Below the pieces are notes generated by a model. It ran no database searches, was not told the DNA's origin, and saw only the letters and a program-made list of their open reading frames with translations. From an uncultured delta proteobacterium (GTDB lineage: Bacteria > Myxococcota_A > UBA9160 > UBA4427), in contig CAWGJT010000005.1 in assembly GCA_963822965.1 (NCBI GenBank), positions 1,248,001-1,312,000 on the forward strand: 64,000 nt of DNA, read 5' to 3'. The translations under genes and the position numbers were made by a program. How positions within the stretch are numbered: position 1 is the stretch's first letter; the number at the start of each line of letters is the position of its first letter. Positions 10,236-19,244 of this stretch are shown here, piece by piece.

Positions 10236-11065
10236 GCGCCCCGGCAATGGGAAGCGTGTCCGAGGCGCCCTCGGGCTCGCTGCTTCGCAAGATCGCCTGG
10301 CACTGGCGCCACGACGACAAGCGCGAGCTGTGGATCGGTTGGTGGACACTGGTCGTCTTCTACAACCTCTATGGCCTGCTGTTCTTCGTCGTCGCGCGCA
10401 CCCAGCCCCCGCCGCAGCCTTCCTTGAACCCCTCCGAAATCGTGCAGTGGTTCGACGACCGGCACCACGGCCTGATCTACGGGTACGCGATCGTCTTCAT
10501 CGTGGGTGGCGCGACGGCGATCATGAACGCGACGCTCGCCTATACGATGCGGCGCATGTCGGTGAGTCGCGCGTTCGCGTACTCCTACCTCGTCATCTAC
10601 GCACTCGCGACGCTTCCCGGCATGCTGATCATGGGCGTGGTGTGCACAGTCGGCGCCATGCGGCCCGACCGCGACCCCGAACTCATGAGCTGGCTGTACG
10701 ACTTCGCGTTCTTGTCGTTCGAAGGGACCATGGGCGTGTTCCTGATCGGCTCTCTCGTCTGGATGGTCGCGGTCCTGCTCGACGAGAACGGGGTGTTCCC
10801 GAAGTGGTTCGGCTACCTGAATCTCTGCAACGCGCTCACGGAGGTCGTCGTCGCACCGGCGTGGATCTTCAAGAGCGGCCCCTTCGCCTGGGACGGCGCG
10901 ATCGCGTGGTGGATCAACATGGGCGTGTTCGTCACCTACACGACCGTCTTCCTCACGCTGCTCCACAGGATGATCTTGCGTGAGGACTTCGGAAGTGGGC
11001 CATTGCCGGAACTCGCGAGCGACGACGCGACGGCGCCGCCCGGTTCGCTCGAGGCGGCACGATGA
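10232..11065 (+). CDS. Uncharacterised integral membrane protein (paralog of the previous gene)
   Basis: About 6 hydrophobic segments; RPDRDPEL and GPFAWDG motifs; ATGA coupling. Confidence 0.85.
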   Translation: MSAPAMGSVSEAPSGSLLRKIAWHWRHDDKRELWIGWWTLVVFYNLYGLLFFVVARTQPPPQPSLNPSEIVQWFDDRHHGLIYGYAIVFIVGGATAIMNATLAYTMRRMSVSRAFAYSYLVIYALATLPGMLIMGVVCTVGAMRPDRDPELMSWLYDFAFLSFEGTMGVFLIGSLVWMVAVLLDENGVFPKWFGYLNLCNALTEVVVAPAWIFKSGPFAWDGAIAWWINMGVFVTYTTVFLTLLHRMILREDFGSGPLPELASDDATAPPGSLEAAR

Positions 11066-11661
11066 CGAGCGCCGCAGAGACAGGATACCAGGCGAACGAC
11101 CGGCTCCAGGCCGCCCGCTTCGTGCCTGGCCAGCCGGACATGTGGGCCTTCGTGCTGTTCGAGGCGCTCGTCTTCACCGCCTACTTCACGGTGTACGTCT
11201 TCAGCCGGGCTCGAAGCCCCGACCTCTTCCTGGAATCCCAGGCGCATCTGGACCTGGGGGTCGGGGTCTTCAACACCCTCGTGCTGCTGGCGAGCTCCTG
11301 GTTCGTGGCTCGCTGCGTCCACGCGTCCCGCGAGGGCTCGCTTCGGGCCGCGAGGACGAACGCGTTCCTGACCATGCTCTGCGGCTTCGTATTCCTCGTC
11401 TCCAAGGTGCGCGAATGGGCGGCGGAGATCGAGCAGGGGTTCAGCTTCACCAGCGACGAGTTCTTCTCCTTCTACTACTTCCTGACGGCGATCCACTTCC
11501 TCCACTTGCTGATCGGCTTCGGTGTGTTGGCCATCGCCGTCCACCAGCTCTCGAGCCCCGCGCGACGCTCCCAGGAGGTGGTCGAGACCTGCGCCACCTA
11601 CTGGCACACGATCGACTTCCTCTGGGTCATGATCTTCGCTCTGCTCTACGTCATGAGGTGA
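11062..11661 (+). CDS. Cytochrome c oxidase subunit III-like (NorE-like) protein
   Basis: NTLVLLASSW, FFSFYYFLTAIHFLHLLIG, YWHTIDFLW. Confidence 0.9.
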   Translation: MTSAAETGYQANDRLQAARFVPGQPDMWAFVLFEALVFTAYFTVYVFSRARSPDLFLESQAHLDLGVGVFNTLVLLASSWFVARCVHASREGSLRAARTNAFLTMLCGFVFLVSKVREWAAEIEQGFSFTSDEFFSFYYFLTAIHFLHLLIGFGVLAIAVHQLSSPARRSQEVVETCATYWHTIDFLWVMIFALLYVMR

Positions 11662-11665
11662 TTTC

Positions 11666-11962
11666 GTGGCAGCCGGATTCGAGAAGAGACTGTTCGTCGT
11701 ATGGCTGGCCCTGTCCGCGATGACGATCGCGCAGCTCGGCGTCGGCTCACTCGAGGGCCGGGCGACGTTCGCGCCGAACACCGTGATCACGTTGGGCGCG
11801 GTCGGCATCGCGCTCGTCAAGGTGCGCATCATCTTCCGGGAGTTCATGGAAGTGAGGCACGCTCCGGCGCTGCTGTGCCGGCTCACCGACCTCTGGATCG
11901 TGTTGACCGGCGTGGCTCTCCTCGCCGGCCATCTGGCCGGCACGCTGCTCCCACGGAGCTGA
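11666..11962 (+). CDS. Cytochrome c oxidase subunit IV-like (NorF-like) small membrane protein
   Basis: 3 TM segments with IALVKVRIIFREFMEVRHAP motif. Confidence 0.82.
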   Translation: MAAGFEKRLFVVWLALSAMTIAQLGVGSLEGRATFAPNTVITLGAVGIALVKVRIIFREFMEVRHAPALLCRLTDLWIVLTGVALLAGHLAGTLLPRS

Positions 11963-12044
11963 GGGCCGGGGAAAGCGGGCGCGCCAGCCGCCAGCACGAC
12001 GCTTTCCGCTCAACCTCGGGGTCTGCCCGGCCGACGACGTTCGA

Positions 12045-12782
12045 ATGGAGCTCATCGCCGGACTGTCCGTCGCCCTCCTGGTCCTGACCGCGTTGGTCGT
12101 GGCCACGCGCACCTACGCGCTGTGGTTTCGGACCCGGGGCCTGCCCGAGCTCCTGCTGAGCCTGTATCTCACCTTCGCCACCGTGCTCGGCTACCCGGTC
12201 GTGATCGCGATGATGCAGATTCCCGCGTCCGAGTCGGTGGCGTTGCACGTGCTGGGGGCGCTGCTCACGACAGCGGGTCCGATCTGCCTGCTCCTCTTCA
12301 CACTGGAGGTCTTCCGATCCGGCTCCGTCTGGGCCCGCGTCCTCGTCGTCCTGGCGCTTCTGCCGAACCTCGTGGGCAGTGCGCTCTATTTCGTCGAGGT
12401 GACCGGCTCGAGCCCGCGGCCGATCGGGGAGCTGATCGGCGTGAATTTCCTCAACTCCACCGCCAACGCCGTCGCCTACTTCTGGGCGGCCTTCGAGGCG
12501 CTCAGCTACCACCGGCAGCTGCGGCGGCGACTCCATCTCGGTCTCAGCGAGGCGACCGTGGTGAACCGCATGCTGCTCTGGGGGCTGATGACCCTGGCCG
12601 GCGGCGTGGCGGTCGCCATCAACCTGATCGCACTGCTCGCCGGCTCCTTCCTCAGCCCGCCGGTCGTGCTGGTCTCGAGCCTGCTGGGCCTCGTCCACGC
12701 GTGCTGCCTGTTCCTCGCCTTCCATCCGCCGCTCTGGTACCGGGCGTGGCTCGACGCGAGCTCGGAGGGGAAGAGCGCCTAG
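12045..12782 (+). CDS. Hypothetical ~7-TM membrane protein
   Basis: Hydrophobic 245-aa ORF; RTRGLPELLL and LAFHPPLWYRAW. Confidence 0.75.
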   Translation: MELIAGLSVALLVLTALVVATRTYALWFRTRGLPELLLSLYLTFATVLGYPVVIAMMQIPASESVALHVLGALLTTAGPICLLLFTLEVFRSGSVWARVLVVLALLPNLVGSALYFVEVTGSSPRPIGELIGVNFLNSTANAVAYFWAAFEALSYHRQLRRRLHLGLSEATVVNRMLLWGLMTLAGGVAVAINLIALLAGSFLSPPVVLVSSLLGLVHACCLFLAFHPPLWYRAWLDASSEGKSA

Positions 12783-12802
12783 CCGGGGCGGACGCGGCGA
12801 CG

Positions 12803-13708
12803 TCAGAGTCCGAATCGGACTTCCGTCAATCGCTCCGAGGCCACCCAGAGGCGCGCCGCCACCTCCGCGTCGCGGGCGTGTGCGCTGGGCTCGACCGCGC
12901 CGGGTGGGCCGCCCATCTGTCCGAAGCCGGTCGGACCGTAGTAGCCGCCGCCGACCACTCGTGGGTCGCAGGCCGCGAAGACCAGCGAGCGGGCGCCTTC
13001 CTCCGCCTTCTGACCGAAGAGGCGCATCGACAGCCGGTAGCCCCAGAGCTCGACACGGTCGCGCAGACGCCACCGGTCTTCGCGCTCCCAGCCGGCCGCG
13101 ATCGGGGTCTTCGAGATGCCCGGATGCGCTGCGACGCTCACGAGCGGGAGGCCAGCGGCCCTGACGCGACGGCTCAGCTCCAGAGCGAACATCAGGCACG
13201 CGAGCTTCGCGTTGCCGTAGGCGCGCGACGAGGAGTAGCTGCGTTCGAGCTGGAGATCGTCGAGGTCGATGCGACCCGTCGCGTGGGCGATGCTCGCGAC
13301 GCTCACGACGCGCGCGCGCCCGCTGCGCGCGAGCGCGGGGAGCAGCAGGCCCGTGAGGGCGAAGTGGCCGAGGTAGGCCACGCCGAGCTCCAGCTCGAAG
13401 CCATCACGGGTGATGGCCCGCTCCATCGGGGGCAGCAGACCGGCATTGTTGACGAGCACGTCCAGTGCTTCGCCTCGCGCGAGCTCGTCGGCGGCAAAGC
13501 TTCGGATTCGCGACAGGTCCGCGAGGTCGAGCTCGCGCATCTCCGCGCGACCTCCGGCGTCGCGAATGCGTCGGACGGCGACCTCCCCTCCCGCGACGTC
13601 GCGGTCGGCCACCACGACGTGGTCGCCACCCGCCGCCAATGCGAGGGCGGTCTCGAGGCCGATGCCGCTCGCGGCACCGGTCACGAGGACGCGGCGGGAG
13701 GTGGGCAC
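12803..13708 (-). CDS. Short-chain dehydrogenase (retinol dehydrogenase/WWOX-like)
   Basis: VTGAASGIG, LVNNAG, YGNAK, AAHPG; GTG start at 13708. Confidence 0.9.
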   Translation of the reverse strand: MPTSRRVLVTGAASGIGLETALALAAGGDHVVVADRDVAGGEVAVRRIRDAGGRAEMRELDLADLSRIRSFAADELARGEALDVLVNNAGLLPPMERAITRDGFELELGVAYLGHFALTGLLLPALARSGRARVVSVASIAHATGRIDLDDLQLERSYSSSRAYGNAKLACLMFALELSRRVRAAGLPLVSVAAHPGISKTPIAAGWEREDRWRLRDRVELWGYRLSMRLFGQKAEEGARSLVFAACDPRVVGGGYYGPTGFGQMGGPPGAVEPSAHARDAEVAARLWVASERLTEVRFGL

Positions 13709-13716
13709 GCCCCCGC

Positions 13717-14163
13717 CTACTCCGCGGGGTCGCCTTCCGAAGCGGCGAGCGGATCGTGCTGGCGCCCGGAGTCGAAGCCGCCACGCTTGCGCAGGAACGT
13801 GGTGGAGCGCCGGTGGATGCGCCAACCATCGGCGGTGCGCACATACTCGTCCTCGTACCAGGCGAGCCGCATGGCGTGGGTCTTCTGGTCGATGAAGACA
13901 TAGTGCTGGATCCCCGTGGCCCGGTCCTCGCCGTCGAAGTCGACGACCGGCATGTTGCCGATGAACTGCCCCCGCGGCGCCGCGGCCAGCAGCTCCGGCA
14001 TCCTCTCCACCGAGTACTTCGTGCCGAACGCGCTGTACTCGCCGTCCGGCGTGAAGAGCTCGAGCCACCGATCGACGAGGTACTGGCTCGCGAAGGCCAT
14101 GTAGCGGGAGCACAGCTCGTGGATCTCCACGAGGTCGGCGATCCGCCGGGGCCCTCCGCTCAC
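13717..14163 (-). CDS. SnoaL/NTF2-like protein
   Basis: EIHELCSRY...LFTPDG...YEDEYVRTADGWRI; GTGA overlap with the upstream gene. Confidence 0.85.
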   Translation of the reverse strand: MSGGPRRIADLVEIHELCSRYMAFASQYLVDRWLELFTPDGEYSAFGTKYSVERMPELLAAAPRGQFIGNMPVVDFDGEDRATGIQHYVFIDQKTHAMRLAWYEDEYVRTADGWRIHRRSTTFLRKRGGFDSGRQHDPLAASEGDPAE

Positions 14164-14495
14164 GGAATCGGCTCGATCTTGAGCTCGAACTGGGCCGTCC
14201 CAGTGTCCGGGATGTAGGGCTGCTTCCAGATCTCGACCGGGAACGACATCACGATGAGCGAGTACAGCAGCTCGAGCAGCCGGTGCGCGTCCTCGGGGAG
14301 ATCGTCGAGCGGGAACGGGTCCAGGTACTGCATGGCGTCCTCGGCGCGCGGGAAGACCGCGTCGTAGAATGCCTGGATCTCGTCCATGGTGCTGGCCAGG
14401 CGCTTCGCGTAGCGCTCGGGCTCGCTGTCGAAGCACCAGTCTGCGACCCAGGGTTCCAGATCGGAGAATTCAGCGGGCAGCAAGGCATCGGCCAC
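14160..14495 (-). CDS. Conserved 111-aa Rieske oxygenase-associated protein (copy 1)
   Basis: Closely similar to 18028..18363; directly follows a Rieske gene. Confidence 0.85.
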   Translation of the reverse strand: MADALLPAEFSDLEPWVADWCFDSEPERYAKRLASTMDEIQAFYDAVFPRAEDAMQYLDPFPLDDLPEDAHRLLELLYSLIVMSFPVEIWKQPYIPDTGTAQFELKIEPIP

Positions 14496-14498
14496 CTT

Positions 14499-15804
14499 TC
14501 ATCCCTCCCCTTGCTTGCGTTTGTAGTCTTCGACCCAGTTGTGGATCGTCTTGTTCGCGTGCCGGCACATGAACTCCTGGTCGCCCAGCGGGAAGGTCGA
14601 GACGACACGCGACTCGAGTCCCATCTGCGTCGCCTCGAGGGTGCCGCAGTCCTCGAGGGCGTACTCCTTGATCGTGGCGATGCCCAGCTGCTGGGCGAGG
14701 CGCTCGCGCACGTTGCGCGGCGGCGTGAAGTAGGCGTTCGCCTCGAAGAGCAGGCGATCGTGCGCGACGGGCCAGTAGTGGTAGGTGAGGTACCAGCCCG
14801 TCTCCCAGAACACGATCGCGAAGTTCGGGAAGATCTGGAACGAATCCAGGCCCCAGCTCTTCTTGTTGCCCGGGTTGAGGCCCGGCGGGAGCTCGTCGCC
14901 GACGATCTCGGACGGGTCCCAGGGGCCGAACAGGCCGCTGCGCATCAGCTGCTCGATGGGGTTGTAGAACTCCGGCACCAGCTTGCCGCCCGCGCCCCCG
15001 GTCGTCGAGCCCACGCGATGCGGGACCGTCGGTCTGGAAGTGGCTCGTGTAGAAGCCCTTTGTCCTGGTAGTCGGTCTGCCTCATGACCGGGTTCTGGTG
15101 GCCATGGAGGATGGGCGGGTGATAGAACTCCTGGAAGGCGTCGTGGAAGATCTTCCAGTTGCTGCCGATGTCGCCGCGGTAGTAGTAGCGCTGGGTCAGC
15201 TTCTCGAAGGGGTAGTCGATCGCGGTGATCATCGGGCCGAGGAACTCGTGTGAGCGACTGCTCCGGCTGCTCGGCGAAGTTCACGAAGATGAAGCCATTC
15301 CAGATGTCGCAGTGCACCGACACGAGGGGGTAGTCGGCCTTGTCGATCCCGAAGAACTCGCTCTTCCTGGAGGATGAAGGTCAGTCGGCCCTCGAGATCG
15401 TAGGTCCAGCCGTGGTACTTGCAGGCGAACTGGCGGCAGGTCCCGCTGACCTCTTCGCCCGGGTGATCGGTCCACACCAGCTTGTTGCCGCGATGGCGGC
15501 AGACGTTGTGGAAGGCGCGGATCCGTTCGTCCTTGCCTCGAACGACGATCAGCGAGGTCTTCAGGCCTGGGAGCTCCTTGGTGAAGAAGCCGCCCTTTCG
15601 CGGGAGCTGCTCGACCCGCCCGACGTTCAGCCAGGCCCGCTTGAAGACAGCCTCGCGCTCGAGCTCGAAGAACTCGGGCGAGATCGCGCTCTCGTAGGAT
15701 ACCGGGGCGGTGTCCAGCTCGGGGTTGTGCTCCGTCCAGGAGCCCTCGGGAGGCTTCGGATGCTGTCCCGCGGCTCTCTTCGGGACCTTCAGGGATTCCG
15801 ACAT
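14499..15804 (-). CDS. Rieske non-heme iron oxygenase alpha subunit (copy 1; at least 3 frameshifts)
   Basis: CRH...CKYHGW Rieske motif, NWKIFHDAFQEFYHPPILH, EYALEDCGTLEATQ; split across ORFs 15229..15804, 14945..15232 and 14499..15323. Confidence 0.9.
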
Positions 15805-15850
15805 GCCATTCGCTCCTTCGCGCGTTCCTTGGCGCCTTCTCTGGCTCTCG

Positions 15851-16606
15851 TCACAGGACCATGCCGCCGTTGACCCCGACCACCTGGCCGGTGATGAAGG
15901 CGGCTTCCTCGGAGCAGAGGAAGCCGCAGGTGGCAGCGATCTCTTCGGGGGTTCCGGCTCGCCCGACCGGCACGACCTGCGCGGCGGTCTTCTCGAGCCC
16001 TCCGATGTCTCCCCCGGCCGAAGCGCGGCGCAGCATCGGCGTGTCGATCATGCCCGGGGTCACGACGTTGACGGTGATGCCCTTGCGGGCGAGCTCCAGC
16101 GCCAGCGCGCGAGTCAGGCCGACCACGCCGGCCTTCGAGGCGACGTAGTGCGCCATCCGCGGCGCGCCCGACTGCGCGCTCGACGACGAGATGGTCACCA
16201 TCCGACCCCAGCCCGCGTCGAGCATGTCGGGCGCCGCGGACTGGAGACAGTGGAAGGTGCCGGTGAGGTTGACGCTGAGGAGTCGCTCCCACCTCTCGGG
16301 CGTGATGTCGACGAAGCGCTCGAAGGCGTCGAGCCCGGCTGCCGTGACCATGATCGCGATGGGCCCGAGCTGCGCCCGGGCCTTGTCGAGCGCCGCGTCC
16401 ACGGCGCCGCGGTCGGTGACGTCGACCTCCACGCCGACCGCCCGTGCGCCCGCCTCGCGGAGCTCCTCTGCGGCCCGGTGCACCTCCTCGCCCTGGAGAT
16501 CGAGCAGGGCGACCCGGGCCCCCTGGGCCGCGAGGTGTCGAGCGATCGCCCGGCCCATGCCCGACGCCGCTCCCGTGACCACGGCGACCCGCTCCATCCC
16601 TGCCAT
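15851..16606 (-). CDS. Short-chain dehydrogenase/reductase (FabG-like)
   Basis: VTGAASGMG, YVASK, PGMIDTPM, ITGQVVGVNGG. Confidence 0.92.
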   Translation of the reverse strand: MAGMERVAVVTGAASGMGRAIARHLAAQGARVALLDLQGEEVHRAAEELREAGARAVGVEVDVTDRGAVDAALDKARAQLGPIAIMVTAAGLDAFERFVDITPERWERLLSVNLTGTFHCLQSAAPDMLDAGWGRMVTISSSSAQSGAPRMAHYVASKAGVVGLTRALALELARKGITVNVVTPGMIDTPMLRRASAGGDIGGLEKTAAQVVPVGRAGTPEEIAATCGFLCSEEAAFITGQVVGVNGGMVL

Positions 16607-16663
16607 CGCTCCGCTGCCTCCGAGGTGGGGCCCGGCGGCGAGTATGAACCGGCCAGAACTCGC

Positions 16664-16701
16664 TTGCAACAAAGTTCTCCGTAGCGGAGAATGTGGTTTC
16701 C
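16664..16701 (+). promoter_or_regulatory. Promoter/operator copy D, upstream of Rieske operon 2
   Basis: TTGCAA-CAAA-GTTCTC-CGTAGCG-GAGAAT-GTG-GTTTCC. Confidence 0.75.
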
Positions 16702-16747
16702 GGCCCCTGGGCCGACGGCGCGACCCCCTAGCTCGGGAGGAGACCCC

Positions 16748-18031
16748 TTGGCCCGCTTTCCCAGACCGCCCGAAGGCACCTGGACCGAGCATCACCCCGA
16801 CCTCGGAACCGGACCGGTCTCGTTCGAGGACTCCGTCTCGCCCGCGTTCTGGGACCTCGAGCGCGAGGCGATCTTCCGGCGCGCCTGGCTCAACGTCGGG
16901 CGGGTCGAGCAGCTGCCCCGGAACGGGAGCTACTTCACCAAGACCCTGCCGGGCCTCCGAGCCTCGGTCATCGTGACGCGCGACCGGGACGGCGAGGTCC
17001 GGGCTTTCCACAACGTGTGCCGGCATCGCGGCAACCGACTGCTGTGGGAGGGCACGCCCCACGGCGAGTCCTGTGGCAAGGCCCGCCAGCTCGTGTGCAA
17101 GTACCACGGCTGGCGCTACGGCCTCGACGGGGCCTGCACCTACGTCCACCAGGAGAGCGAGTTCTTCGACGTGAAGAAGGAAGAGCTCGGTCTCGCCCCG
17201 GTCCACTGCGACACCTTCGCCGGCTTCGTGTTCGTGAACCTGGACCGCGAGCCCTGCTCTGCGCTGCGCGAGTACCTCGGGCCGATGGTCGGCGCGCTCG
17301 AGGGCTACCCGTTCGACCGCATGACCGAGCGCTACTCGTTCCGTGCCGAGAACGAGAGCAACTGGAAGATCTTCAGCGACGCCTTCCAGGAGTACTACCA
17401 CGTGCCGCCGCTGCACACGCACCAGCTCGGCCCCACCCCCGAGGCCCAGAACCCCGAGTACGAGTTCGAGGGGGCCCACTACCAGATCGACGGGCCGCAC
17501 CGCATGGTGAGCACGGACGGCACCTACAAGCACTTGTGGCCCAAGGAGCACCTCTATCCCGCAGAGACGCTCACACGCAGCGGCAGCACGGGGCCGTGGG
17601 ATGCGCCGGAGCTCGGCGAAACCCCGGGCGTCAACCCGTCGGGTACGCCTCGCTGGGGCATCGACAACTTCCAGGTCTTCCCGAACCTCGAAATCCTGAT
17701 CTACGAGCGCGGCTGGTTCGTCACGTACCGCTACTGGCCGACATCGCACAACACCCACGTGTACGAGGGCGATCTCCACTTCGTGCCGGCGCGAAACGCC
17801 CGCGAGCGCCTGGCCCACGAGTACGCCGCGCTCACCTTCAAGGAGTACGCGCTGCAGGACTGCGGCACGCTCGACGGCACCCAGATGGGACTCGAGCAGG
17901 GGGTGTTCGACACGTTCCCCCTGAATGACCAGGAGATCCTGGTACGCCACTTCCACAAGACCGTGGGCGACTGGGTCGATGCCTACGCACGCGAGCGAAC
18001 GCACGGCCGAGAAGGGGGCACGCCGCGATGA
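16748..18031 (+). CDS. Rieske non-heme iron oxygenase alpha subunit (copy 2, intact)
   Basis: CRH-x23-CKYH, NWKIFSDAFQEYYHVPPLH, EYALQD; GGAGG RBS before TTG 16748. Confidence 0.93.
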   Translation: MARFPRPPEGTWTEHHPDLGTGPVSFEDSVSPAFWDLEREAIFRRAWLNVGRVEQLPRNGSYFTKTLPGLRASVIVTRDRDGEVRAFHNVCRHRGNRLLWEGTPHGESCGKARQLVCKYHGWRYGLDGACTYVHQESEFFDVKKEELGLAPVHCDTFAGFVFVNLDREPCSALREYLGPMVGALEGYPFDRMTERYSFRAENESNWKIFSDAFQEYYHVPPLHTHQLGPTPEAQNPEYEFEGAHYQIDGPHRMVSTDGTYKHLWPKEHLYPAETLTRSGSTGPWDAPELGETPGVNPSGTPRWGIDNFQVFPNLEILIYERGWFVTYRYWPTSHNTHVYEGDLHFVPARNARERLAHEYAALTFKEYALQDCGTLDGTQMGLEQGVFDTFPLNDQEILVRHFHKTVGDWVDAYARERTHGREGGTPR

Positions 18032-18363
18032 GCGACGCGCTGCTGCCGCCGGAGTTCGACGACGTCGAGCCCTGGGCCGCCACCTGGTGCCTGGCGACGG
18101 AGCCCGAGCGCTGGGCCCGACGGCTCGCGAGCCCCATGGCGGAGCTCCAGGCGTTCTACGATGCCTTCTTCCCCCGCGCCGAGGAGGCGATCGCGTGGTG
18201 TGACCGCTTCCCGCTCGACGACATGCCCGCGGACGCCCAGCGGCTGCTCCAGCTCCTGCACTCGCTGCTGATGGTGTCCTACGCCGTGGAGGTCTGGAAG
18301 CAGCCCGAGGTGGTGAACGGCGGGTCCGCTCGCATCGACCGGATCCTGGCACCCCTCCCCTGA
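18028..18363 (+). CDS. Conserved 111-aa Rieske oxygenase-associated protein (copy 2)
   Basis: ATGA-coupled to the Rieske gene; paralog of 14160..14495. Confidence 0.85.
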   Translation: MSDALLPPEFDDVEPWAATWCLATEPERWARRLASPMAELQAFYDAFFPRAEEAIAWCDRFPLDDMPADAQRLLQLLHSLLMVSYAVEVWKQPEVVNGGSARIDRILAPLP

Positions 18364-18398
18364 GGCCCTGACATGCGGATCTGCCAGGAGAATCGAGA

Positions 18399-19235
18399 AT
18401 GCCGCGCCTGACCACCTTCGACGAGTACCGCGATCGCTACCCGGACTATGCGCTCGAGAAGACCGACGACGGCATCCTGCTCATGCGCATGCACCGCGAC
18501 GGCGGCCCTGCAGTCTGGGACGAACGCATGCACCACGACACCGCCAACCTCTTCAACGACGTGGCGGGTGATCGCGACGTCCGCGTCGTGATCTACACCG
18601 GGACCGGCGAGAACTTCAACGCCAACTGGGGCCAGACGGAGACGAAGCGGCCCTACTTCAAGGCTCCCGCCGAGTGGGCCGAAGAGATGGCGTGGTACGG
18701 GCGACTTCGGCACATCAACCTGCTGGAGATCGACGCCATCATGATCGCGGCGGTGAACGGCCCCGCGAACATCCACTCGGAGCTGGCGTTCCTCTGCGAC
18801 ATCGTGCTGGCCTCCGACGACGCCTACTTCCAGGACCTGGCCCACTTCCCGCGCAACCTTTCTCCCGGTGATGGCCTGCAGAACGTCTGGCCGCTCGTCC
18901 TGGGCCGCAACCGCTTCCGCTACGCCCAGCTCATGGCCCAGAAGATCACGGCCCAGATGGCCCACGAGTGGGGCGCCGTGAACGAGGTGCTGCCGAAGGC
19001 CCGGGTGCTCGACCGCGCCTGGGAGATCGCGCGCTACCTGCTGCGCTTCTCGCCGATCGTGTTGCGCCACACGCGTCGGACCTTCACGCAGCCGTTCAAG
19101 CGGCTCGCGATCGACGACCTCGGCTACGGGCAGACGATGGAGGTCCTCGGCATGACCCAGTTCACCCCCTTCGGCGGGGGCCAGGAGCCACTCGACCGCG
19201 CCTGGGACGATCCCGACCTGTGGAAGAAGGACTGA
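18399..19235 (+). CDS. Crotonase-superfamily beta-diketone hydrolase (6-oxocamphor hydrolase/CamK-like)
   Basis: VW...H, AAVNGPANIHSE, FQDLAHFP...PGDG...VWPLVLGRNRFRY, GAVNEVL match the OCH pattern as recalled. Confidence 0.8.
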   Translation: MPRLTTFDEYRDRYPDYALEKTDDGILLMRMHRDGGPAVWDERMHHDTANLFNDVAGDRDVRVVIYTGTGENFNANWGQTETKRPYFKAPAEWAEEMAWYGRLRHINLLEIDAIMIAAVNGPANIHSELAFLCDIVLASDDAYFQDLAHFPRNLSPGDGLQNVWPLVLGRNRFRYAQLMAQKITAQMAHEWGAVNEVLPKARVLDRAWEIARYLLRFSPIVLRHTRRTFTQPFKRLAIDDLGYGQTMEVLGMTQFTPFGGGQEPLDRAWDDPDLWKKD

Positions 19236-19244
19236 GCGGGACGG

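Noticed and set aside
6001..11962. Nitric oxide reductase or cytochrome c oxidase operon
   Set aside because: No catalytic NorB/CoxA or NorC/CoxB subunit is present; only accessory-like genes.
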